This document shows, piece after piece, positions 49,867-60,810 of a DNA stretch of 64,000 nucleotides. Every line of letters starts with the position of its first letter. The stretch's first letter is position 1. This stretch comes from Chloroflexota bacterium (GTDB lineage: Bacteria > Chloroflexota > Dehalococcoidia > JABGRK01): the NCBI GenBank assembly GCA_018648325.1, contig JABGRK010000010.1:110219-174218 (forward strand), read 5' to 3'. The notes beneath the pieces are model-generated. The model worked only from the letters and a program-made list of their open reading frames with translations. It did not search any database and was not told where the DNA came from. The position numbers were made by a program, and so were the translations under genes.

Positions 49867-51726
49867 TTACTCTTTAGCCGGAATCTTTTCGGTAAAGGCC
49901 TTTTCCAGAGCTTTGCCCTCAAGGGTCTCCTCTGCTATGAGGCGCTTGGCCAGGTGAACAAGTCTGTCCTTGTTTTCTGTCAGCGTATTGAGTGCCAGTT
50001 GATTGGCATCATCAATTAAGATGTTTATCTCTCTATCAATCTCGTTTGCTATCTCGTCGCCGTAGTCCTTCTGCTCATCTACCATTCTGCCCAGATACAT
50101 GTGTTGCTCTTTGTTTCCGTAGGTGCGAGGCCCAAGCTTCTGGCTCATGCCCCAGTCCTTGACCATTCTTCTGGCGAAATTCGTCACCTGCGACAGGTCG
50201 CTTGAGGCACCGGTGCTTATCTCGTCAAAGATGATAACCTCGGCGGCTCTGCCACCAAGTGCAAATCCCAGCTGGTCTTTAAGCCAGCTTAAAGTGAGGA
50301 ATTTCCTGTCTTCAGGCAGAGCTTTGGTATAACCCCCAGCCATGCCTCTAGCGATTATAGACACCTTGTGTATGGGATCGACGTTGGGCAGTAACTGTCC
50401 AACCAATGCATGTCCAGCTTCGTGATAGGCGGTAAGCTCTTTTTCTTTCTGGCTTATAACCCTGCTTTTTCTTTCCGGTCCCATGGATACGCGGTCTATA
50501 GCTTCTTCCAATTCATCTTGCTCTACCATCGTTTTGCCGCGTCTGGCGGCCAGAATGGAAGCCTCGTTTATTAGATTGGCCAGATCTGCACCGGTAAAAC
50601 CGGGTGTCTGCTTGGCTATGATTTCCATATCAACATTTTTAGCCAGCGGTCTGGTTTTAGCGTGTACTGCCAATATTGCCGTACGGCCTTTAACATCGGG
50701 CGAATCCATTACCACCTGACGGTCGAATCTACCTGGCCTCAGCAGTGCCGGGTCAAGAATATCCGGTCGATTGGTTGCAGCTATGATAATAACGTTTGTG
50801 TGTGTATCGAATCCATCCATCTCAACCAGTATCTGGTTCAGCGTTTGCTCGCGTTCGTCGTGGCCTCCGCCCATGCCGGAACCACGGTGTCTTCCTACGG
50901 CATCAATCTCGTCTATAAAGACAATACTAGGTGCGGCCCGTTTGGCCTGCTCGAACAGGTCGCGCACGCGTGATGCGCCCACACCCACGAACATCTCTAC
51001 AAACTCAGAACCGCTTATGGAGAAGAAGGGGACACCGGCCTCACCAGCTACGGCACGACTGATAAGCGTTTTTCCTGTGCCGGGAGGGCCTACCAGCAGT
51101 ACCCCTTTGGGTATGCGTGCGCCGATTGAAAGAAATTTCTCCGGATATTTAAGAAATTCGACGATTTCTTGAAGCTCTTCTTTGGATTCTTCCGCACCTG
51201 CCACGTCGTCAAATGTTACCTCGGGCTGGTTGCCGATGAGCATACGGGCGCGGCTCTTTGAGAAGTTCATTGCCTGGCCTGCACCCCCGCCGGCTCTACG
51301 CATGATGAAGATGAAGATGGCGACAATGATGATTAACGGAAGCATAAATGTCAAGATTGAGCTCCACCAGCTTGTACCTCCAACCTTGGCATCCACAGTG
51401 GTTTGAATGGCAGGAAGCGGAGGGTCTTGATTGGCTCGCTCTATGTTTATCTCACTTATAATAGTATCGATAACCAGAAAGCCTTCTTTGGATGAAGTAT
51501 AAGTTTTGTCGGCATTCCCATCGCTGTTTAGAGTATAGGTCAGCGTTTGCTGGTCTCCGGCAACCGTGAGGGTTTCAATCTCGTCTTTTTCCAGATGCGC
51601 CCGGGTTTGGCTCCATACTTCTATCTCGGGCTTAACAGCAAGCGGGTTCCATAACGCATAAATGATGGCAATAAAGGCAAAGAATATGATGACTAGTATG
51701 AACCCTCTTCTAAAACCCGGCGTCAT
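49867..51726 (-). CDS. ftsH: ATP-dependent zinc metalloprotease
   Basis: 2 [30 protein letters not shown]. Confidence 0.96.
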   Translation of the reverse strand: MTPGFRRGFILVIIFFAFIAIIYALWNPLAVKPEIEVWSQTRAHLEKDEIETLTVAGDQQTLTYTLNSDGNADKTYTSSKEGFLVIDTIISEINIERANQDPPLPAIQTTVDAKVGGTSWWSSILTFMLPLIIIVAIFIFIMRRAGGGAGQAMNFSKSRARMLIGNQPEVTFDDVAGAEESKEELQEIVEFLKYPEKFLSIGARIPKGVLLVGPPGTGKTLISRAVAGEAGVPFFSISGSEFVEMFVGVGASRVRDLFEQAKRAAPSIVFIDEIDAVGRHRGSGMGGGHDEREQTLNQILVEMDGFDTHTNVIIIAATNRPDILDPALLRPGRFDRQVVMDSPDVKGRTAILAVHAKTRPLAKNVDMEIIAKQTPGFTGADLANLINEASILAARRGKTMVEQDELEEAIDRVSMGPERKSRVISQKEKELTAYHEAGHALVGQLLPNVDPIHKVSIIARGMAGGYTKALPEDRKFLTLSWLKDQLGFALGGRAAEVIIFDEISTGASSDLSQVTNFARRMVKDWGMSQKLGPRTYGNKEQHMYLGRMVDEQKDYGDEIANEIDREINILIDDANQLALNTLTENKDRLVHLAKRLIAEETLEGKALEKAFTEKIPAKE

Positions 51727-51835
51727 TTTTCCCCTTATGCTATAAAATCTGGCTTTGTTGATAATATACTATTTATGCCAAGCTCCATTATATCAGAAAC
51801 GAACATAATAAAAAACCGGCGCTGGCTGTGCTAGC

Positions 51836-52120
51836 TTAAGAACGTATGTTAAAGTCGGTGAAGTTGTTTTTGTATTGTAACCACTGCGCGTTGACTTTGC
51901 TTACCCTGGAAGAAGGTGGTCCGGCATGAAGGCATTTGAGTAACTCTTTGAGTTTGTCGCTTGACCCTTCAGCCACAATCTCCACCGCTTCGCCGTCTGG
52001 CGTGTTGCGAACATGCCCGGTTACATCGAGGTCACGGGCAATACGGCGAACGAAGTAACGGAATCCAACGCCCTGGACCAGTCCATATACCGTTGCCGAT
52101 AGTGCAGCCATATCTGCCAT
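51836..52120 (-). CDS. acyP: Acylphosphatase
   Basis: GLVQGVGFR, GHVRN..DG..VEIVAEG, GPP. Confidence 0.9.
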   Translation of the reverse strand: MADMAALSATVYGLVQGVGFRYFVRRIARDLDVTGHVRNTPDGEAVEIVAEGSSDKLKELLKCLHAGPPSSRVSKVNAQWLQYKNNFTDFNIRS

Positions 52121-52171
52121 GCCAATCCTTTTGCAAGCCCGATCCTTACGTTTGGAACACGCAGTTTTTGC

Positions 52172-52306
52172 TTACTCCCCGTCTTTTCTGTGTGTTTTGT
52201 CAATTACCTCGGTGGGTGAGGATGTGGGCAGTGCTACCGGTTGTACTCCCTTTTTTTTCTTTTGCTTGGGTTTTTTAGTTTCTTTTTTAATATCACGTGA
52301 GCCCAT
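52172..52306 (-). CDS. Small Lys-rich 44-aa protein (below the ORF-track cutoff)
   Basis: Strong SD AGGAGG; MGSRDIKKETKKPKQKKKKGVQPVALPTSSPTEVIDKTHRKDGE*. Confidence 0.6.
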   Translation of the reverse strand: MGSRDIKKETKKPKQKKKKGVQPVALPTSSPTEVIDKTHRKDGE

Positions 52307-52397
52307 TTCTTTAGCCTCCTTATATAGGCCAAAAGTTTAGCAGAAGCCGTCTGCTGTGTAAAGGAATATGGTCCTCTTACTTGTGATATAATCGGTC

Positions 52398-53729
52398 GTG
52401 CCTATGAATTACAAAGAGTCAGTTGACTGGATTTTAAACTTTACCGATTATGAGAAGATACACGGCGCTCTATACTCCGAGGCCGACTTTGATCTAAGGC
52501 GTATGGAGGAGCTTCTGGCGCGGCTGGGTGATCCTCATAAAAGCTCAAAGTCGGTTCATATCGCCGGTTCCAAGGGCAAGGGCAGTACCGCCACTATGGT
52601 TGCTTCTGCACTACGCGTTGCTGGTCATAAGGTCGGGCTTTTCACTTCGCCACACCTGCATACTATCAGAGAGCGAGTTTCTGTCGATGGTGTTCCGATT
52701 GCAGAAAACGAGCTGGTTGTACTTGTAGCAAAACTTGTTCCTGTTGTCAACGCTGTTAATGCAGACGCCCGATACGGTAAGCTAACCACTTTTGAGATAC
52801 TTGCGGCGCTGGCGTTTACACACTTCTCGGATAAGAGGGTTGGCTATAAGGTCATTGAGGTTGGGTTGGGCGGCAGGCTGGATGCCACCAACGTCGTAAT
52901 CCCAGAAGTATCGGTTATCACGTCAATAAGTATGGATCATGTGAATATTTTGGGTGACAGCCTGGCAAAAATAGCCAAAGAAAAGGCCGGGATCATCAAA
53001 AACGGCGTTCCGGTGATCGCTGCCCCGCAAAAAGCCGAGGCAATGGCCGTTATCGAAGGTGTATGTAAGGATCAAAACACAGAGCTTATCAGAATCGGGC
53101 AGGACATTACCTGGCGTAGCACAGGGCATAACATCAAAGGGCAGTCATTTATCGTTTCTGGCAGGTACAATACATATGATCTGACGATCCCACTACTGGG
53201 TGAGCATCAGCTGGAAAACGCCGCTGTCGCCGTCGCCGTACTGGAACTGATTGGCGTTGATGTGCGATCAATCGCCGATGGGTTGAAAAACGTTTACTGG
53301 CCGGGCCGTATGCAGATACTTAAAACAAACCCCCTTCTTGTTGTCGACGGTGCGCACAATCCCGATTCCATGCAAAAGCTTATGCGAGCCCTAAAACAGC
53401 ATTTCACATTCAGTCGCCTGATATTAATCCTGGGCATGTCATCTGATAAGGATGCCGCTGGTATTATCGATGTGCTGGCTGCGGCCTGCGATGATGTGGT
53501 CGTCACCGGCTCACGGCACCCGCGCTCGGCTGATATATCGATACTAGCCGACCAGTTTGCCACACATAGTCTGATTGTAAAACAGTGTCCTTATGTGGCA
53601 GATGCTGTGAACCATGCGCAAAAAATCGCTGGTCCAGATGACCTGATATGCGCTACAGGCTCGCTTTTCATCGTAGCTGAGGTAATCGAGGAGGTGAAGG
53701 GCTTGTCTGGTGAGGTATATTCATTGTAA
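52398..53729 (+). CDS. folC: Folylpolyglutamate synthase / dihydrofolate synthase
   Basis: HIAGSKGKGST, FTSPHL, EVGLGGRLDATN, WPGR, DGAHN, GSL. Confidence 0.94.
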   Translation: MPMNYKESVDWILNFTDYEKIHGALYSEADFDLRRMEELLARLGDPHKSSKSVHIAGSKGKGSTATMVASALRVAGHKVGLFTSPHLHTIRERVSVDGVPIAENELVVLVAKLVPVVNAVNADARYGKLTTFEILAALAFTHFSDKRVGYKVIEVGLGGRLDATNVVIPEVSVITSISMDHVNILGDSLAKIAKEKAGIIKNGVPVIAAPQKAEAMAVIEGVCKDQNTELIRIGQDITWRSTGHNIKGQSFIVSGRYNTYDLTIPLLGEHQLENAAVAVAVLELIGVDVRSIADGLKNVYWPGRMQILKTNPLLVVDGAHNPDSMQKLMRALKQHFTFSRLILILGMSSDKDAAGIIDVLAAACDDVVVTGSRHPRSADISILADQFATHSLIVKQCPYVADAVNHAQKIAGPDDLICATGSLFIVAEVIEEVKGLSGEVYSL

Positions 53730-53768
53730 AATCACTAAAGCGTTTATTTCTTTGGGAGATTATTGTAG

Positions 53769-55028
53769 ATGGTTAAAGATCCGAAGGGCAGAAAACGAGT
53801 AGTTGTTACCGGCATAGGGGCGATTGCCCCCGTAGGGCTGAATGCAGATGAGTACTGGCAGAATCTGGTAGCCGGTAAGTCTGGAATTGATAAGATAACG
53901 CTATTTGATGCCTCTGACCTATCTTGTAAGATAGCGGGTGAGGTCAAGGGTTTTGATCCCCTGCAGTATATCGACAGAAAAACCGCACGCCACATGGCTA
54001 GGTTTACCCAGTTCGCCGTAGCTGCTGGCAAAATGGCCATAGATGACGCCGAACTTGATTTGGACAAGGAAGACAGAGACAGAATCGGTATGATAATCGG
54101 CAATGGCATTGGCGGTCTGCCCAACATGCAGGAACAGTGCAATATTCTTGAAACCAGGGGTGGCATGAGGGTAACCCCTTTCTTTATGACCATTACGCTG
54201 GCCAACATGGCGGCGTCCCAGATAAGCATTCATTTCGGACTAAAGGGCTATACGTCTACCACAGTTACCGCATGTGCGGCGGGTACGCAGGCCATCGGTG
54301 AGGCGGCCGAGATCATTCGTCAGGGCAAGTGCGATATCATGGTCACCGGCGGCACCGAGGCGGGCATAACCGGAATCGGCGTTGCCGGATTCTGTACGAT
54401 GAAGGCGCTTACCACCAACAACGAAGTTCCGGCAAAGGCCTCAAGGCCGTTTGACGCCAATCGCGATGGATTTATACCCGGCGAGGGCGCAGGTATACTG
54501 ATATTGGAGAGCCTTGAGCACGCCTTAAATCGTGGCGCCAACATACTTTGCGAGGTGGTGGGATACGGATGTAGCGCAGATGCCCATCACGTTACAGCTC
54601 CCGAACCCAATGGTGCCGGTATGGCGCGTGGCATGAAGGCTGCGCTTGATGATGCTTTCCTGACAACCACGGATGTTGATTATATAAACGCACATGGCAC
54701 ATCCACTCCCTTGAACGATGTAACCGAAACACGGGCTATAAAAAGGCTGTTTGAGGGCTATGCCTACAAGATCCCCATAAGCTCCACAAAGTCTATGATA
54801 GGGCATTTGCTGGGTGGTTCCGGCGGTGCTGAGGCGGTGGCGGTGGTCAAGACAATAGTTGAAGGCGTTATTCATCCCACAATCAACTACGAAACTGCTG
54901 ATGCGGAATGCGATCTGGACTATGTACCAAATACGGCACGCAAGAAGCAGGTGAAGGTGGCCATGTCCAATAGCTTTGGCTTTGGCGGACAAAACGCCTG
55001 CCTGATACTTAAAGCCTACGAACAGTAG
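53769..55028 (+). CDS. fabF: 3-oxoacyl-ACP synthase II
   Basis: RVVVTGIG, TACAAG, NAHGTST, KSMIGHLLG, SNSFGFGG. Confidence 0.95.
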   Translation: MVKDPKGRKRVVVTGIGAIAPVGLNADEYWQNLVAGKSGIDKITLFDASDLSCKIAGEVKGFDPLQYIDRKTARHMARFTQFAVAAGKMAIDDAELDLDKEDRDRIGMIIGNGIGGLPNMQEQCNILETRGGMRVTPFFMTITLANMAASQISIHFGLKGYTSTTVTACAAGTQAIGEAAEIIRQGKCDIMVTGGTEAGITGIGVAGFCTMKALTTNNEVPAKASRPFDANRDGFIPGEGAGILILESLEHALNRGANILCEVVGYGCSADAHHVTAPEPNGAGMARGMKAALDDAFLTTTDVDYINAHGTSTPLNDVTETRAIKRLFEGYAYKIPISSTKSMIGHLLGGSGGAEAVAVVKTIVEGVIHPTINYETADAECDLDYVPNTARKKQVKVAMSNSFGFGGQNACLILKAYEQ

Positions 55029-55034
55029 CTTTTT

Positions 55035-55346
55035 CTAAGTATTACTCTCTATCTTTAGTTCAAGCTGCGAATGTGTGGGAGGGTGTAGACTGTATTGAGG
55101 CACCGCAGTCTGAGCTTCTACAGGCAGCATTTCACCCAGCAGCTTCTGCATGGCAATTGTATGGCTGCACATTCCCCAGTTTGAGAAGAAATCGCAGGAG
55201 CAGTACATTTTGCCTTCTGTGAAGCTTACGCTGTAAGCGCTGTGGTCTCCGTCGAAGCTGAGTTTGAAGTCCTGAAACATTACGCGGTCCGGTTCCTGAA
55301 TGTAGCGGTTGGCTTTTTCTATCTTGCCGATGATGCTAGAGCGCAT
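55035..55346 (-). CDS. Small SWIM zinc-finger-like protein
   Basis: CSCDFF...CSH motif; SD GAGGAGG. Confidence 0.7.
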   Translation of the reverse strand: MRSSIIGKIEKANRYIQEPDRVMFQDFKLSFDGDHSAYSVSFTEGKMYCSCDFFSNWGMCSHTIAMQKLLGEMLPVEAQTAVPQYSLHPPTHSQLELKIESNT

Positions 55347-55522
55347 ATATAACCCTCCTCATTTTCCCACCACCACCATGATAGAGTTCCTGCTGTATTG
55401 CTGTCAAGGCTGATTTATTTTTTTATCAGCAAGATGTGATGGGTCTTTGATTGGGGTAAACGCACCTATCTGATGTTCAAACCGCAGATAAAAGCATTTT
55501 GTGTCCTATTGGCAATGGCCTT

Positions 55523-56607
55523 TTAACTCCACGTGGAGAAGGTTATTTTAGTTCCATCTGTGGACCAAACAAAGTATCCTACGTCCAAATTCAAGGGATC
55601 ATCTAACTGGATTAAATTTGTCCCGTCAACATCCATCACATAGAGTGAACCACGTGAAATAAAGGCTATCTTTGTTCCATCGGGTGCCCACGTGGGATAT
55701 TCTTTATTGTTTGAAGGGTTATTTGTAATGTTCTGCATCTGGGAACCATCTGAGTTTATCGTATAAACATCCCAATTCTTTTCATCTTGAGGTCTACTTC
55801 TGACTATAAACGTAATCGTATCATCATTTGGAGACCAATCTGGATCACTGATGTGTACGGGATATGCAAAATCTGTTATCTGAGTCACATTGGAGTCGTT
55901 AATGTCTAAAATATATAGGTTGAACCCAACCCTAAATACTACCCTTGTGCTATCCGGTGACCAGTCATACTTTTGGATTTCATCAGGTAGAGTGTATTCT
56001 CTTAAATCGGAACCGTCAGGAGTAATAGTATAGAATGAGTCATCAGAGTAATAAGCTAATCTGCTTCCATCCGGCTGCCAGGATAGACTGCGGCTATTGA
56101 TACCACTTCCTGCTTCGATGACCTTAAGGGTAGTGAAGTTAGTCCCATCTGCATCAATAATATAGAAGCCAGTACTAATATGATTACTCTGTGTCACGTT
56201 ACGCGAAATACGAATAGTTTCTCTTGCTGCAAAGGAGAAAGCTATTTTCCCCCGTCAGGTGACCAGAGATGACCGGATCCAGCACTCCCGCCTAGATCGG
56301 GGATATCTTCTATTAGCCTTATGTTCTGCAGTATCGGGAGATCGATTTTATCCGAACCATCCGGGTTCATAATAGATACGCCATTGGCATACTGAAGAGC
56401 TATCTTATCTCCATTGGGTGACCACATCGGAATATTTTTCCAACCTTTGGTTCTAGTAAGGTTAACTAAATTGGAGCCATCAATGTTTACCATGTAGATA
56501 TCGTTGGTGTGTGTATGCCCAAAACAGCCGATAGGCAAAATAGCCAAAGTCAATGTAGCCACGATCATCACAAGCATCATCCGCTTTATGTGTGGCAATA
56601 TACTCAT
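55523..56607 (-). pseudogene. TolB-like PD40 beta-propeller lipoprotein, frameshifted
   Basis: Lipobox LPIGC; repeats WSPNGDKIA, WQPDG, WSPDS, WAPDG. Frame break at G5A4 (56245-56253), restored as WSPDGGKIAF. Confidence 0.78.
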
Positions 56608-56675
56608 TTTGTGCTCAATATGATTGTAGTTCATGCTGGGGCCATGATAGTATCCGTAGGGAGGTTTGTCAACTA

Positions 56676-57050
56676 TTATACCGTACGAGTGGGCGTGCCC
56701 TGATGGAATGTGATTTGCCACCTGCCATCGATCAGCTTCCATATTGAACTTCGTAGAGATTGACTTGTTTGCCCGTCCGGGTTGTGCCGCGTAGCGCGGT
56801 AGGTTGCCAGAACCACACCCGGAGCCAGCGTCTTTGCCTCAAAATCTGACATGGCTAGTTGTGCCGGGTCCTCGCCTTGAAGCCCTTCCACAACCTGTTT
56901 TTTATCGAAAACGCGTCCCGAACTGCCGTACTCGATGAAGTCATCAGCAAGTAGCTCTGAAACATCTTTCGCCGAGCGTCTTACGTCCGGTTGCAGTAGG
57001 CGCTGCTCAAGCTGGCGAATTGTATCTTCATCTGTGTTTCGATTATTCAT
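56676..57050 (-). CDS. DUF4440 / NTF2-like protein
   Basis: LLADDFIEYGSSG, RSSIW..WQITFHQGT. Confidence 0.85.
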   Translation of the reverse strand: MNNRNTDEDTIRQLEQRLLQPDVRRSAKDVSELLADDFIEYGSSGRVFDKKQVVEGLQGEDPAQLAMSDFEAKTLAPGVVLATYRATRHNPDGQTSQSLRSSIWKLIDGRWQITFHQGTPTRTV

Positions 57051-57054
57051 TCGT

Positions 57055-57843
57055 CTACCCCCGGCAACTACCAAACACTGAGGCAGGTATTATCCCATAG
57101 CTTAGCTTAATGAAATTGCTCTCAACCTGCGCTTCAACGTCATCTGCCGGCACGTTTTTGCACTCGGCAATGCCCTCTACAACCTGCCTAACAAACAGCG
57201 GTGTTGGTTTTTTGCTGGTGTAGGTTGCGCTACCGCCGGGATTATCGGTTTCAGTCAGTAGTTGGTCTAAGGGGATAGTTCTGACTATCTCCTGTATTTT
57301 CTCGGAGAGATTGACCTTGGGGCCTATAGAAAAGTAATATCCCTGCTCAATCAACTTTTTCAGTATATCCAGAGGCCCGGCGTAAGAGTGCATCACCACC
57401 CTCTTGCTGCCGTACTTTTTCAGCAGATCAAGCACTAGTTGATCCGTGCCTCTTGAGTGTACCGATAGCATGCGGTCGGCAGACTCAGACAGGAACAGTT
57501 CAAATATCTCCTGCTGCGCCGGGTACCTGCTGGCATCCTTTACAAGTAAATGATCGAGGCCTATTTCACCGATGATCCGCGTTTTTCTTATCATCTCCCG
57601 TATCATATCCAGTTTGCCCGTATATTTGTAAGCGTTCCAGGGGTGAATACCAAATGATGGGATTACATACCCGCACATGCGCCCGATTCTTTTGTTTATC
57701 TTGTAGGACGTAAAATCCATTGAATTTGCCATCGTCAGGATTTTATTGCGCTCGATTTCCTGGATAACCGGCGCCAGCGTCCCGCCGAAACTCTTGCGGG
57801 CGTATGCGTTCAGATGGCAGTGTGCTTCAATCAGCATATGCAT
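57055..57843 (-). CDS. TatD-family hydrolase
   Basis: HCHL, GIHPW, IGEIGLD, VHSR, HSY, LTETD. Confidence 0.88.
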   Translation of the reverse strand: MHMLIEAHCHLNAYARKSFGGTLAPVIQEIERNKILTMANSMDFTSYKINKRIGRMCGYVIPSFGIHPWNAYKYTGKLDMIREMIRKTRIIGEIGLDHLLVKDASRYPAQQEIFELFLSESADRMLSVHSRGTDQLVLDLLKKYGSKRVVMHSYAGPLDILKKLIEQGYYFSIGPKVNLSEKIQEIVRTIPLDQLLTETDNPGGSATYTSKKPTPLFVRQVVEGIAECKNVPADDVEAQVESNFIKLSYGIIPASVFGSCRG

Positions 57844-57957
57844 GTCTCCCATTTGTTGTATGCAATATATCTGCTCATTGCTCAAAGCGCAAGTAGAAGC
57901 TCGTTTCTTGGTTGGAGGATTGAGCCTGTTTGGTGCGCAAGATGCGTAGAGGATGGG

Positions 57958-58452
57958 CTAAGCTTGAGTTGAAATGCTATGTTCTGTTTTGAGTGCTTTG
58001 CGGAAGCGAACAATATCTACCTCGCCGTAAGAACCGCTACCTTTCTGTTTATAACCATGCTTGCGATAGAACTCTAGCGTTAATGGTCGAGATTTGGCGG
58101 TTTCAAATGAGAAGGTCGTGATTCCAGACTTAAGCGCCAGTTCTTCAAGCACATCAAGTAGCTGTGTTCCGTATCCCTGATCCTGCAGGTCGTTTCGGAT
58201 GCGCATGCGGCGTAGTTCGGCTGAATCGTAAGAAAGTCTTTCGAATCCACCCATAGCAATAACCTGCTCATCGATCAGTCCTATAAGAAACACGCCACCG
58301 CTCAGGAAGTAAACATCCTCAATAGATTTGAGGTCGGACTCTTCATCGCGCTTGTTTATGCCTATAGGCAGGCCTTCTTTGGCGCTGCGGTGAAGGGCCA
58401 GCACCTCTTTGTAGTATTGCGGTTTGTAATATATTAGCTGCATGCTTTTCAT
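57958..58452 (-). CDS. GNAT-family N-acetyltransferase
   Basis: AELRRMRI..LQDQGYG, FYRKHGY. Confidence 0.85.
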   Translation of the reverse strand: MKSMQLIYYKPQYYKEVLALHRSAKEGLPIGINKRDEESDLKSIEDVYFLSGGVFLIGLIDEQVIAMGGFERLSYDSAELRRMRIRNDLQDQGYGTQLLDVLEELALKSGITTFSFETAKSRPLTLEFYRKHGYKQKGSGSYGEVDIVRFRKALKTEHSISTQA

Positions 58453-58590
58453 AATCGGCAACACTTTCTACTTATAAAAACGTAAATTAAGATTCATCGT
58501 CACAACTTCATCGTGGCTTTGGCACTCTTTTTAGTAAGGTTTGGGTGTTGAGTGATGGCTGTTGTATAATTGACATGCAAGGAGTCACAC

Positions 58591-58830
58591 ATGTTAGTAA
58601 CAGTAAAGTTTTTTGCCAGTTACCGCGAAATTGTGGGCAAGCCTGCAATTGAAGTAGAGCTTGAGGACGGGGCAACCGTCGCAGCTCTTATTGCCAATCT
58701 TGTCGAGCAATATCCCGATTTTCCTGACGATCCGTCGTCGGCTGCGGTCAACGCCGAGTATATAGATACCGATTTAACTTTGAGCCCGGGGGATGAAGTG
58801 GCCTTTTTCCCCCCGTTCAGCGGAGGATAG
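58591..58830 (+). CDS. moaD: MoaD/ThiS sulfur carrier
   Basis: VKFFA, AVNAEY, GDEVAFFPPFSGG with C-terminal diglycine. Confidence 0.88.
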   Translation: MLVTVKFFASYREIVGKPAIEVELEDGATVAALIANLVEQYPDFPDDPSSAAVNAEYIDTDLTLSPGDEVAFFPPFSGG

Positions 58831-58832
58831 AC

Positions 58833-59249
58833 GTGTTTAAGATTACCAAAGAAGTTCTTTCGGCAGATGAAGTTACAACCGAAGTAAGTAAAGGTGGCAA
58901 TGGCGGCATCTGCACGTTCGTGGGTATCGTGCGCAACAACGCCGATGGTAAAAAAGTGCTGCACCTTGAGTACGACGCCTATCCTGCCATGGCCGAAAAA
59001 AAGCTGGCCGAAATCGCGAGCGAAATCAACGCTAAATGGGGCCTATCTGACGTAGCCATAGTTCACCGCATCGGCAAGCTGGAAATAGGCGAGGCGGCGG
59101 TGGTTATAGCGGTGGGCGCTCCGCACCGCAAGGAGGCATTTGCCGCCTGCTCGTACGTCATCGATCGCATAAAAGAGTTCGTTCCCATATGGAAAAAAGA
59201 GTTTTTTGAGGACGGCGAGGTCTGGGTGGAGGAATCGCTCGGCCACTAA
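58833..59249 (+). CDS. moaE: Molybdopterin synthase catalytic subunit
   Basis: FVGIVRN, LEYDAY, HRIG, HRKEAF, VPIWKKE. Confidence 0.93.
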   Translation: MFKITKEVLSADEVTTEVSKGGNGGICTFVGIVRNNADGKKVLHLEYDAYPAMAEKKLAEIASEINAKWGLSDVAIVHRIGKLEIGEAAVVIAVGAPHRKEAFAACSYVIDRIKEFVPIWKKEFFEDGEVWVEESLGH

Positions 59250-59272
59250 TAGCTTCCCGAAAGGTATTTTAT

Positions 59273-60040
59273 TTGAATCAACACAAGGTTGAACTGCAAG
59301 TAGACGGTCTGAACATAGTTGGTGAAATCTTTTCCCCTGACATAGTTGGCCCCCACCCGGCGCTGGTGCTGTGCCACGGCATACCCAGCGGCAACCCCAA
59401 AGATCCCGACGACGGTGGCTATCACGCGCTTGCCAGACGTTACGTGGGTGAAGGTTTCATCGTTATGATCTTCAACTTCAGGGGTGCGGGCCTTTCCGAG
59501 GGTCATTTTGATATTCTGGGCTGGACGCGGGATCTCTCCGCAGTTCTGGACTATATTTACGATTACGATGGTGTGGATAAGACGCGTCTTTCGGTGATGG
59601 GATTTTCTGCCGGAGCCAAGGTGTCAGTATATGTTGCAGCACGTGATAAACGTGTGTCGACGCTGGTGAGCTGCTGCTGCCCGGTGCGCATATCCTTCGC
59701 CAGGGATGAGCAGAAGATTGCGGAACTTATCGAACACCAACGTCAGTTGAGCGTTAGCAGAGGCACACTATCACCGCTGACACCGCAGGACCTGATGAAA
59801 AAGTTCGAGCATATCGCTGTACTGGATTGTGTGGATGATATATCACCCAGACCGCTACTTATTATCCATGGCGATAAGGATGAAGTGGTCGATTCGGCGC
59901 AGGCGCATGAGTTGTACGATAGTGCAGTAGAACCCAAGCAGCTGGTAATGATCGAGGGTGCGGGACACCGGCTGCGATTGGAGCATGAGGCTATGCAAAT
60001 CGCTACCGACTGGCTTAAAAAAGCAAACGGTTTAGGTTAG
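59273..60040 (+). CDS. Alpha/beta hydrolase
   Basis: CHG, FNFRGAGLSEG, nucleophile elbow GFSAG, HGDKDEVV, GAGH. Confidence 0.85.
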   Translation: MNQHKVELQVDGLNIVGEIFSPDIVGPHPALVLCHGIPSGNPKDPDDGGYHALARRYVGEGFIVMIFNFRGAGLSEGHFDILGWTRDLSAVLDYIYDYDGVDKTRLSVMGFSAGAKVSVYVAARDKRVSTLVSCCCPVRISFARDEQKIAELIEHQRQLSVSRGTLSPLTPQDLMKKFEHIAVLDCVDDISPRPLLIIHGDKDEVVDSAQAHELYDSAVEPKQLVMIEGAGHRLRLEHEAMQIATDWLKKANGLG

Positions 60041-60050
60041 GGGACGATAA

Positions 60051-60782
60051 GTGCGTATTCTGGCGGTAACGCAGGGAGTGTACGGCGACAGGATAGTCGA
60101 TAACATCCGCAAACGTGGACCTGCCAACTGGCAGATAGAGGTTTACAATCCGCCACGCGCCCTGCCGTCGATCGTGGATGATCCCGAAGAATTTCTTCCT
60201 CAAGCGATGCCGCAAGTCAATTTAGTCTTACTCCTCAGCGAGTCATCCAAGGTAGCCCAGCTCATAGGCGGAATCGCTTCTCTAACCGGAGCAAAAGCAA
60301 TCATTGCGCCCATAGATGATTCATCGTGGTTGCCACCGGGACTGGCCAAGCAGCTTGAAAAGGAACTGGCCGACATGGGCGTTACCAGTGCTTTCCCTAA
60401 AACATTCTGCACGCTCACCGAAGACGGCTGTGGCTACAGAGGCAGCTATGTTACCTATGATAATGAGACAATTGCCGAGTTCGCAAAACACTTCGGCCGC
60501 CCGAAAGTAAAGCTTACCACCAGCACTGATGGCGCCACCGTCGAAAACTTCGAGATCCTGCGCGGTGCTCCGTGCGGCTCCTCGCATCACGCTGCCCGTC
60601 AGATGACCGGCCATCCTGCTGATGAAGTTAAGTACAAAGCCGGTCTGGCGTCGCACCACTATCCATGCCTGGCCTCGATGCAGCAGGAAGCGCTGGACGA
60701 CGGCCTGTTCGACACACTGATGCACCTTTCCGGCTACGTGATGAACGACGAGGTTCAAAAGTCACTGGACGCACCGGAATAG
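60051..60782 (+). CDS. DUF166-family protein
   Basis: G.YG.R N-terminus, FPKTFCTL, FGRPKV, RGAPCGSS, HHYPCLASM, MHLSG. Confidence 0.72.
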   Translation: MRILAVTQGVYGDRIVDNIRKRGPANWQIEVYNPPRALPSIVDDPEEFLPQAMPQVNLVLLLSESSKVAQLIGGIASLTGAKAIIAPIDDSSWLPPGLAKQLEKELADMGVTSAFPKTFCTLTEDGCGYRGSYVTYDNETIAEFAKHFGRPKVKLTTSTDGATVENFEILRGAPCGSSHHAARQMTGHPADEVKYKAGLASHHYPCLASMQQEALDDGLFDTLMHLSGYVMNDEVQKSLDAPE

Positions 60783-60810
60783 TAGCCTAATCGTCTGGAT
60801 GATCGTAACA

